Origin: a virus
IMG/VR virus record: IMGVR_UViG_3300045988_035073
Location: 1-41,830 of that record
DNA length: 41,830 nucleotides
Strand: one strand, 5' to 3'
The position numbers were made by a program, and so were the translations under genes. Positions 1 through 6,741 of this stretch are shown here, piece after piece (positions within the stretch are counted from its first letter, which is position 1; every line of letters starts with the position of its first letter). The notes under the pieces were generated by a model, which saw only the letters and a program-made list of their open reading frames with translations, was not told where the DNA came from and ran no database searches.

Positions 1-119
1 AAGGAGGGGAAGGCATGAGCGCTAGAAGGCCTTGTGTGGAGAAGCGGCTGACCCTCTTCCGTATCTGCGGGACCTGCGGAAAGACCATCGTGACCACGGC
101 GGACACGCCCTGGGTGCGG
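1..119. repeat. Left copy of exact 119-bp terminal overlap (identical to 41712-41830); circular or terminally redundant genome, unit 41711 bp
   Basis: Direct comparison of both window ends: aaggaggggaaggcatgagcgctagaagg...acgccctgggtgcgg occurs at both. Confidence 0.95.
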
Positions 120-422
120 CAGGTGCCCAGGGATGGGAAGAAGATGGCCACGACCTACTACTGCTCCGAGGGCTGCTTCGCCGCCAGCTACAAGCACATC
201 GGCTGGTTTGACGGCAAAGCCGAGGAGCGCCGGAGGCTGAAAGACCGGAACCGGGACCCGGAGAGGGAGCGGGAACGCTGGCGGCGCTACTACACCACCC
301 ACCGGGAGGAGCGGATAGAGGCGGCCCGACAGCGCCGCCGGGAGAATCCCGGACTTGCCGCCGCCGACAACGCCTACTACCGGCGGAAACGGAAGCTGAT
401 GGCGGAGGGGGCGCAGGTATGA
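15..422 (+). CDS. Hypothetical protein, CxxC...CxxxC zinc-ribbon-like N-terminus, Arg/Glu-rich C-terminus
   Basis: ATG 6 nt after AAGGAGGGG RBS; start overlaps stop of the 41370..41729 gene (ATGA) across the circular junction. Confidence 0.7.
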   Translation: MSARRPCVEKRLTLFRICGTCGKTIVTTADTPWVRQVPRDGKKMATTYYCSEGCFAASYKHIGWFDGKAEERRRLKDRNRDPERERERWRRYYTTHREERIEAARQRRRENPGLAAADNAYYRRKRKLMAEGAQV

Positions 423-685
423 GAGGGGAATACATCCGCAGAGCGGACGCTATGGAGAAGATCACCTCCTCCGAGACGCAGAAGGCGCTGCGGGCAATGA
501 CCGGTGAGGAAGCGTATGTGACCGTCGTTGGTATCCTGAATGAGCTTCCGGCGGCAGACGTGCGTCCGGTGGTGCGGTGTAAGGACTGCGTTCACTGCGG
601 ATTCTGCGGAAAAGAAACCAACCTTGAAGTGATGGGATTTTACGGTTATTGCAGCCGTGGCAAGCAAAAGGACGGTGACGGCTGA
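419..685 (+). CDS. Hypothetical protein with C-terminal Cys cluster (RCKDCVHCGFCG)
   Basis: ATGA overlap with upstream gene; protein-like composition. Confidence 0.65.
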   Translation: MRGEYIRRADAMEKITSSETQKALRAMTGEEAYVTVVGILNELPAADVRPVVRCKDCVHCGFCGKETNLEVMGFYGYCSRGKQKDGDG

Positions 686-1122
686 TGGCGCTGACATCGG
701 CAGACCTGGCCCGGCTGGGGCCGGGGGCGCAGAGGCAGATTCTGGCCAAGCAGGCGAAGCCGCCGGCGGCGTCGGAGAAACGGCAGAAGTACGGGAACCG
801 CAAAGCCAAGCGGATCATGCCCAACGGGGAGGAGCGCACCTTCGACAGCGAGAAGGAGGCCCGGCGCTATGATGAGCTCGCACTGCTGCTGAAGGCCGGA
901 AGGATACAGAACCTCCGGCTCCAGCAGGATTTCACGCTGGCGGAGGCCTTCGTGAAGCCCTCCGGGGAGGCCGTGAGGGCGGAGCGCTACAAGGCGGACT
1001 TCACCTACTACCGGGACGGGATCTTTGTCGTAGAGGACGTGAAGGGCTACCGGACCCAGGATTACATCAACAAGCGGAAAGCAATGTACGAGAAATACGG
1101 AATCGAGGTAACGGAGATATGA
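685..1122 (+). CDS. DUF1064-type phage protein (PD-(D/E)XK-like, putative structure-specific nuclease/resolvase)
   Basis: Motifs KYGNRKA..FDSEKEARRYDEL..YKADFTY..VVEDVKG typical of DUF1064; TGATG coupling. Confidence 0.7.
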   Translation: MALTSADLARLGPGAQRQILAKQAKPPAASEKRQKYGNRKAKRIMPNGEERTFDSEKEARRYDELALLLKAGRIQNLRLQQDFTLAEAFVKPSGEAVRAERYKADFTYYRDGIFVVEDVKGYRTQDYINKRKAMYEKYGIEVTEI

Positions 1123-1409
1123 GAATGAAACAGAATCCCTGTATCCGCCGGGGCGGATGCTACTGGGTGGAGAACCTGAACGCTGTCGGGCACGAGATGA
1201 TGAAGACCCGGCCCGCCGTGGTGGTGAGCTGCGGTGCCCTGGCTGGGACGAGCCCGGTGGTCAATATCGTGTATCTCTCCAATGCCATCCCTGCGGTCCC
1301 GCAGGAATCGAAGGCGCCGGACACCGCAGCGGTGGAGCGGGACATCTACCGGCGGCTCTATGAGGGCCTGCTGGACCGGATGCGGATGGACCGGAGGGAG
1401 ACAGCATGA
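1119..1409 (+). CDS. PemK/MazF-like N-terminal half fused to an unrelated short helical C-terminus
   Basis: IRRGGCYWVENLNAVGHEMMKTRPAVVVS...SPVVNIVYLS aligns by eye with MazF/EndoA [28 protein letters not shown]...SPTVIVAAIT; only 96 aa. Confidence 0.5.
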   Translation: MRMKQNPCIRRGGCYWVENLNAVGHEMMKTRPAVVVSCGALAGTSPVVNIVYLSNAIPAVPQESKAPDTAAVERDIYRRLYEGLLDRMRMDRRETA

Positions 1410-2005
1410 AGCGGAATCTGTGGACGATGACGGTGGTTTTCTGGGTGCTGTTCATCGTGGCGACGCTGCTGATCTTTTGGCCTGCCAGAGCGGTCGAAGA
1501 GGCGGAACACACGGAAAATCGCACGGAGATTACGCCGGAACGCACGGAATATGCGATTGAGGCGGAGCCCGAGGAGGAACCCGAGAACGAGTACATCGAG
1601 GCAGCGCTTTACGCATCCGGATACTTCCGGGAGGATGTGCTGCTCGACGGCGATACCCAGGCGCTCCTCCGGGCGGCCTGTGAGGAGACCGGCATCCCCT
1701 ATGAGTTGGCCCTGGCCGTAATCCGGCAGGAGACGGAATTTCGCAATGTCACGGGCGACGATGGGCGCAGCGTAGGCTATATGCAGGTGCAGCAACGCTG
1801 GCACGAGGACCGGATGGCCCGCTTGGGCGTGACGGATCTCACGGACCCTTACGGCAATTTCCGAGTGGGCTGTGACTACATGGCGGAGCTGCTGGGGAAA
1901 TATCCGCTGGAAGAGGCGTTGACGGCCTACAACAGCGGGAAGCCCGGGAAAAGCGCCTATGCCTCCAATGTCCTGGCGTATATGGAGGCGTACTATGGCG
2001 ATTAA
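1406..2005 (+). CDS. Membrane-anchored lytic transglycosylase (SLT domain)
   Basis: N-terminal TM helix (VVFWVLFIVATLLIFW); SLT motifs RQETEF, GYMQV, AYNSG. Confidence 0.85.
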   Translation: MKRNLWTMTVVFWVLFIVATLLIFWPARAVEEAEHTENRTEITPERTEYAIEAEPEEEPENEYIEAALYASGYFREDVLLDGDTQALLRAACEETGIPYELALAVIRQETEFRNVTGDDGRSVGYMQVQQRWHEDRMARLGVTDLTDPYGNFRVGCDYMAELLGKYPLEEALTAYNSGKPGKSAYASNVLAYMEAYYGD

Positions 2006-2354
2006 ATGCAAGGGGTGTATCCATCGCAACCTCAGCGGCTACGCCGGGTACTGTGATTACCTCAAAAACACCGGCCATTGCAAAATTGTGAAGAAGGTTT
2101 TGCCGAACGGGGTGGGAATCAAAACGGTGGCCGATCCGGACGACTGCCCGTTTTTCGAGCCGAAGAAGAAAAAAGTCGAGAAGCCGCCGAAGGTTGTCCG
2201 GGCGCCGATTGATTTTGAGCTTGTGCAGAAGCTGTACGAGCAGGGAATGAATGATCGGGAGATCGGAGAAGAGGCTGAGTGCTCCGGTTGCGTTGTGTGG
2301 AAGTGGCGCAAAAAGAACAAACTGCCGCCCAATAAGCGGAAGAAGCCGTACTGA
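1995..2354 (+). CDS. Cys-rich N-terminus plus C-terminal HTH DNA-binding protein
   Basis: GGAGG RBS 7 nt before ATG 1995 (ORF track start 1959 is probably too early); C-terminus LYEQGMNDREIGEEAECS..VWKWRKK is HTH-like. Confidence 0.6.
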   Translation: MAIKCKGCIHRNLSGYAGYCDYLKNTGHCKIVKKVLPNGVGIKTVADPDDCPFFEPKKKKVEKPPKVVRAPIDFELVQKLYEQGMNDREIGEEAECSGCVVWKWRKKNKLPPNKRKKPY

Positions 2355-2364
2355 GGAGGTGTAC

Positions 2365-2673
2365 ATGAGCAAGCCAAGATATCCTTGGTGGGGATATGTC
2401 AAAGCGATCATCCGGCAGTATAACGGAGGGAAGTTTGCCCCGGCGTCCGCCTCCCAGATCGCGGAGTATCAGGCGGTCCGGGATGCGGTAGAGCAGACGG
2501 AAGCCATGAATGGCGGCAAGGAGCGTATCTGGCTTGTGCGGATCGTGTTTTGGGAGCGGACGCATACCCTGGAGGGAGCGGCGCTGGAAGTGCATTGCTC
2601 GGAGCGTACCGCCCGCCGGTGGCATACGGATTTTATCCTTTTGGTTGCCAAAAAAAGAGGGCTCTTGGACTAA
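2365..2673 (+). CDS. RinA-family / sigma-region-4-like late transcription activator
   Basis: AGGAGG RBS then ATG 2365; C-terminus ...LEGAALEVHCSERTARRWHTDFILLVAKKRG resembles RinA ...ISDRTAHRIKRKII..LA..LG. Confidence 0.65.
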   Translation: MSKPRYPWWGYVKAIIRQYNGGKFAPASASQIAEYQAVRDAVEQTEAMNGGKERIWLVRIVFWERTHTLEGAALEVHCSERTARRWHTDFILLVAKKRGLLD

Positions 2674-2708
2674 AAGTTGGACTTAAAAAGCCATTGACTT
2701 GTGTTACA

Positions 2709-2753
2709 GTGGGAGATGGGAGGATATTCCTTCCACCTCCCACTTCCCTTTCT
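2709..2753 (+). terminator. Hairpin (14 bp, one mismatch) followed by T/C-rich tract; likely terminator of the 15-2673 operon or 5' hairpin of the noncoding locus
   Basis: gtgggagatgggagg-atatt-ccttccacctcccac then ttccctttct. Confidence 0.45.
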
Positions 2754-3279
2754 GTCGCCCGTGCGGCGGTCCGTCCTCCTTCTGCCGCACGGGAATATGC
2801 CGCACGCACGATGCAGCCCAACGATCAGGGCCGAGAGGCCGCACCTCTCATGCGGTACAGCATGTTTGATGCAGGGTCGCTCCCTTCCGTGCAAGCCGGA
2901 CGGAACACAGACCGATAGTAACTGCGACACGACGGAGAGCAACGCCGGATAGCCCACAATGAGAGGGCGCGCGGAACACGACGCAACGGGACTTCGAGAG
3001 CCTGAGAAATCGTGGCACAAAGTAAGGGGCTGGCCGTCATAGTCCCTACCCGGGAATGGTCGCTGAAAACTACGCACGCGGGGGAGCGAGCTCCCTATCT
3101 CGATGGACGTGTCTGTGGATTGTGTCCGAAGCGCCTGTGTGGCGTCGGACCCGAGGTCGTAAGATAATCTAAGCGGCAAGACTGCCAAAATCAGGCCCCT
3201 CAGCGGGCAGCACGGAGACGTGCGCAAACATGACAGAACTCCCCGCACCTCTCAACGATGTGTCCCAGGGGAGACGTTT

Positions 3280-3351
3280 GCAGACGGAAGCTGGGTGGAT
3301 GCAGCTCCGTGTAGAGTATCGGGTTCGCAGGTTCAAATCCTGCCGTCTGCA
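3280..3351 (+). ncRNA. tRNA-like element (72 nt) with intact acceptor, D and T arms but a degenerate anticodon arm; no encoded CCA
   Basis: Acceptor GCAGACG/CGTCTGC; D stem AGCT(G)/(C)AGCT with GG in the loop; T arm GCAGG-TTCAAAT-CCTGC; discriminator A. The anticodon region ccgtgtagagtatcggg forms only a 3-bp stem. Confidence 0.5.
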
Positions 3352-3407
3352 CAATGCGTATGGTATCACGCCCCGGCAGCTATGATTGCGTAAGTCCGAT
3401 AACGAGC

Positions 3408-3456
3408 CTTCCCTGTGCGCTGTATGTAAGCGGCAGGGCGAAGTATTTATTATTTA
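3408..3456 (+). terminator. Terminator-like hairpin followed by an AT-rich tract
   Basis: cttccctg..cgct-gtatgta-agcg..cagggcgaag (about 12 bp with a bulge) then tatttattattt. Confidence 0.35.
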
Positions 3457-3754
3457 GCTGGACCCGGCTTGTGTAAAAGAAACGGATGCGACCGACATAC
3501 CGGCGCAGGGCTGAAAAGTTCCGTGGTTATCCGGCGCTGCTGTCTTTGCGAGGAGGCTGAGGCGGTAAATGGATGTGGCGTGGTGACGGTAATCGAGAGA
3601 TTAAGCCGTTGTGTAGGCCAGGCCGAACAGAGCGCAGCGCCGGAGACTGTGTAAGTATCACGCCCCTTGCGGGCATAGAGTAGCCCTTCGGGGTGGGTAA
3701 TGTCTGCTATGTAAGGCCAAGGGGTGGGGGCTGGTAGCAAAACAGGAGGATGGC
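3457..3754 (+). promoter_or_regulatory. Structured leader upstream of the late/packaging operon
   Basis: ORF-free; 11-bp perfect long-range helix 3530-3540/3634-3644; UUCG-type hairpin at about 3683-3694; GGAGGA RBS at 3745-3750. Confidence 0.35.
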
Positions 3755-4945
3755 ATGGAAATCACAAAGCGGCGGCTTGCGGATATTGTGCCGTATGCCG
3801 CAAACGCAAAAAAGCATGATAAGCGGCAAATCAACAACGTTGCGGAGAGCATCAAGCAGTACGGCTTTGTGCAGCCGATCGTGATTGACCGTGACGGCGT
3901 GATCGTAATCGGTCACTGCCGCGCTTTGGCGGCGAAGAAGCTGGGCATGGAAGAAGTGCCTTGCGTCTGCGTGGACGATCTGACACCGGAGCAGGTGAAC
4001 GCCCTGCGGCTGGTGGATAACAAGAGCAACGAGAGCGACTGGGACTTTGACCTACTGGCTGATAAGCTGCCCGGTCTCGACCTGTCGGCGTTTGACTTTG
4101 AATGGGGTCTGCGTGACGAACTGAACGATTCCGTTGTCGAGGATGATTATGAACCTGTCATTCCGGCGGAGCCGAAGAGTAAGCTGGGCGATGTGTACCA
4201 GCTTGGAGACCATCGCTTGATGTGCGGAGACAGTACGTCTTTGACTGACGTACAAAGACTTGTAGGGGGGGCACAAATCGATCTTCTTCTCACCGATCCT
4301 CCGTACAATGTGGACTACCAGGGCACCGCCGGTAAAATCAAGAACGATAACATGGAAGATGCAGCATTTAGGCAGTTCCTGACGGATGCCTTCTCCAATG
4401 CGGTGATGGTTATGAAACCCGGCGCTCCGTTTTACATTTGGCATGCAGACAGTGAGGGGTATAACTTCCGTGGTGCGTGCCGAGATGCGATGCTGCGTGT
4501 CCGGCAGTGCCTGATTTGGGTGAAGAATTCTCTCGTAATGGGGAGACAGGATTTCCAGTGGAAACATGAACCTTGCCTGTACGGTGAAAGTGAGATTGAA
4601 GAGGACGATCATGAGCCTTGCCTTTACGGATGGACGGAAGGCAAGAAGCACTACTTCTTCAAGAACCGCAGACAGACAACTGTATTGAATTTCGATAAGC
4701 CTGTCAAATCTGCGGAGCATCCGACCATGAAGCCGATTAAGCTGTTTGATTACCAGATGCAGTGCTCCAGTAAGCCGGGAGAGAATGTCCTCGACCTGTT
4801 TGCTGGCTCCGGTACAACGATCATGGCAGCGGAGCAGAATGGGAGACACGCTTTCTGCATGGAGTTTGACCCGAAGTATGCCGACGTCATTGTTGACCGG
4901 TGGGAGAAGTTCACCGGAAAGAAGGCGGTGCTTCTGCATGACTGA
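3755..4945 (+). CDS. ParB-like nuclease domain fused to N6-adenine/N4-cytosine DNA methyltransferase
   Basis: N-terminal ParB-N pattern (..VQPIVIDRDGVIVIGHCRALAAKKLG); MTase motif IV LLLTDPPYN; AdoMet motif DLFAGSGTT. Confidence 0.9.
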   Translation: MEITKRRLADIVPYAANAKKHDKRQINNVAESIKQYGFVQPIVIDRDGVIVIGHCRALAAKKLGMEEVPCVCVDDLTPEQVNALRLVDNKSNESDWDFDLLADKLPGLDLSAFDFEWGLRDELNDSVVEDDYEPVIPAEPKSKLGDVYQLGDHRLMCGDSTSLTDVQRLVGGAQIDLLLTDPPYNVDYQGTAGKIKNDNMEDAAFRQFLTDAFSNAVMVMKPGAPFYIWHADSEGYNFRGACRDAMLRVRQCLIWVKNSLVMGRQDFQWKHEPCLYGESEIEEDDHEPCLYGWTEGKKHYFFKNRRQTTVLNFDKPVKSAEHPTMKPIKLFDYQMQCSSKPGENVLDLFAGSGTTIMAAEQNGRHAFCMEFDPKYADVIVDRWEKFTGKKAVLLHD

Positions 4946-5183
4946 TGCTCAGGCGACTGCGCGGAGGATGTTGAAGAAAAACCAGCAGCATTTATCCACA
5001 CAGCAGATGAAAACACTGAACGGGCTGATTAAGTCCGGCGATATTACAGGGGCCATGAATGGCCTGCATACATTGGTGGCGAGAAAGCTGACTGCGAGAA
5101 AGGAGGGCGCGTATGGCAAGGCCAAGAAAGGAAATAGACCAGAAGCAGTTCGAGAACCTCTGCGGCCTGCAATGCACGCTTGA
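4938..5183 (+). CDS. Hypothetical small basic protein (81 aa)
   Basis: ATG overlaps the MTase stop; its 3' end overlaps the terS start by 71 nt, so the extent is uncertain. Confidence 0.4.
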   Translation: MTDAQATARRMLKKNQQHLSTQQMKTLNGLIKSGDITGAMNGLHTLVARKLTARKEGAYGKAKKGNRPEAVREPLRPAMHA

Positions 5184-5439
5184 GGAAATCTGCGGTTGGT
5201 TTGGTGTGACTGATAAAACACTGGATAGTTGGTGTAAACGCACCTATCATGCCAGTTTTTCCGAGGTATTTAAGCAAAAGCGCGGAGCGGGGAAAATTTC
5301 ACTGCGTCGGAGCCAGTGGCGATTGGCTGAAAAGAACGCGAATATGGCTATTTGGCTGGGGAAACAGTACCTCGACCAGAAGGATATTGTGGAGCAGAAC
5401 ATCAACACAGAGGGTGTCAAGGTGATAATTGATGTCTGA
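5113..5439 (+). CDS. terS: Terminase small subunit (HTH type)
   Basis: KEIDQKQFENLCGLQCTLEEICGWFGVTDKTLDSWCKR...SLRRSQWRLAEKNANMAIWLGKQYLDQ is a typical TerS pattern; immediately precedes terL. Confidence 0.8.
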   Translation: MARPRKEIDQKQFENLCGLQCTLEEICGWFGVTDKTLDSWCKRTYHASFSEVFKQKRGAGKISLRRSQWRLAEKNANMAIWLGKQYLDQKDIVEQNINTEGVKVIIDV

Positions 5440-6706
5440 CATTCGCCTGTCTGAAAAAATCGGCCCTGCGTTTTATAGCATTGCACATGACATTTTTAGG
5501 CATGGGCATACGCACTACGATTTCAGCGGTGGGCGCGGCTCACTGAAGTCCTCCACGGTGTCTGTACTCGTTCCCCTGCTTCTGATAAACAATCCCGGCA
5601 CGCACGCGCTCGTGCTGCGCAAGGTGGCAAACACAATCCGCGATAGCGTCTATGCCCAGTATATCTGGGCAATCGGTGAACTGGGCATGGCTGCGTACTG
5701 GGAAGCCAAAGTCTCCCCAATGGAGCTGATCTACAAGCCTACCGGGCAGAAGATCATGTTCCGGGGCGCTGACGATCCCATGAAGATCAAGTCTATCAAA
5801 GTCCCGTTTGGCTATATCGCCGTGACGCACTTTGAGGAAAAAGATCAGTTTGCCGGGCGCGCTGAAATCCGAAACATTTTACAGTCGACCATGCGTGGTG
5901 GCTCGGTGTTTTGGAATTTTGAAAGCTATAACCCACCTATTTCACGTGATAACTGGGCAAACAAGGATAGCCTTGAAGATCGCCCGGACCGGCTATGCCA
6001 TAAATCAACGTACTTACAAGCGCCTCCGGAATGGCTGGGGCAGCAGTTTATTGATGAGGCGGAGCACCTAAAAGAGACAGACGAGCGGGCATATCAGCAT
6101 GAATACCTCGGTATCCCGGTCGGTACCGGCGGGAACGTGTTTGAAAACTTGGAGCTGCGAGAGATTACCGATGAAGAAATTTCGCAGTTCGACCGCATTT
6201 ATAACGGCGTTGACTGGGGATATTTTCCCGACCCGTGGGCATTCAATCGTTGCTATTACGACGCTGCGAGACGCACGTTATACATTTTCACGGAAATGAC
6301 CGCAAACAAAAAGCGGAACAAAGAAACGGCGGATATGCTGATTGACTATGGGCTGACCCGCGATGACCTCATCACGGCAGACGGCGCAGAGCCAAAGAGC
6401 GTCGCGGACTATCAAAAATTCGGCTTACGTTGCATTAGCGCAAGAAAAGGGCCGGGAAGCATTGACCGCTCTATGCAGTGGTTGCAAGGGTTATCGAGCA
6501 TCGTAATTGACAAGGTAAAATGCCCCAAAACGGCAGAAGAATTTATTTCCTATGAGTACGAGCGGAACCGCGATGGAGAGATCATCAGCGGCTATCCTGA
6601 CGCAAACAACCACCATATTGATGCATGCCGATATGCGACGGAATCGATATGGAGGATGCCGGGTCAAAAGGGAAAGAGCGATTATACCCCCATTTGGAAC
6701 AGATAG
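5429..6706 (+). CDS. terL: Terminase large subunit (PBSX/Terminase_3-like)
   Basis: Walker A-like GGRGSLKS; size and position; C-terminal nuclease region ...HHIDACRYA. Confidence 0.9.
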   Translation: MMSDIRLSEKIGPAFYSIAHDIFRHGHTHYDFSGGRGSLKSSTVSVLVPLLLINNPGTHALVLRKVANTIRDSVYAQYIWAIGELGMAAYWEAKVSPMELIYKPTGQKIMFRGADDPMKIKSIKVPFGYIAVTHFEEKDQFAGRAEIRNILQSTMRGGSVFWNFESYNPPISRDNWANKDSLEDRPDRLCHKSTYLQAPPEWLGQQFIDEAEHLKETDERAYQHEYLGIPVGTGGNVFENLELREITDEEISQFDRIYNGVDWGYFPDPWAFNRCYYDAARRTLYIFTEMTANKKRNKETADMLIDYGLTRDDLITADGAEPKSVADYQKFGLRCISARKGPGSIDRSMQWLQGLSSIVIDKVKCPKTAEEFISYEYERNRDGEIISGYPDANNHHIDACRYATESIWRMPGQKGKSDYTPIWNR

Positions 6707-6741
6707 GACGGTGAGCGGCTATCAAAACATATAACGACCTT

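Larger units (their letters stand above)
2754..3456 (+). ncRNA. Candidate large structured ncRNA (family unassigned), ending in a tRNA-like element and a terminator-like hairpin
   Basis: No credible ORF on either strand. Many stable local helices: 2758-2793 (10 bp perfect), 2833-2849, 2885-2905, 3081-3096, 3126-3148, 3239-3273. Strand inferred from the tRNA-like T-arm. Confidence 0.4.

Noticed and set aside
3171-3216. Twister-ribozyme-like string (aagactgccaaaatcaggcccc...gggcag) and an RNase P-like gacccggctt at 3461-3470.
   Set aside because: Only short chance matches to remembered consensus fragments. The required partner elements are absent: the conserved AAGC..GG/GGAGGG of twister, and the GAGGAAAGTCC of RNase P.
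3280-3351. Calling this a functional tRNA gene with a specific anticodon.
   Set aside because: No register gives a 5-bp anticodon stem with a 7-nt loop and U33. It is reported only as tRNA-like or degenerate.
2980-3352. A phage-encoded tmRNA, suggested by GAAAACTACGCA (3065-3076), which resembles the ...ENYA tag-coding sequence, and by the tRNA-like 3' end.
   Set aside because: The acceptor 5' strand lies only 57 nt upstream of the acceptor 3' strand, so the tRNA-like domain is contiguous and not split around a coding region. The putative tag frame runs more than 30 codons without a nearby stop, and there is no G3:U70 pair.
2550-3654. ORF-track entries inside the noncoding locus: 2550..2918 +, 2670..3248 -, 2701..2952 +, 2825..3040 -, 3169..3369 -, 3450..3740 -, 3469..3654 +.
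   Set aside because: No RBS, and the composition is not protein-like (R/S/C/P-rich). They overlap one another in several frames. The region is better explained by RNA structure.
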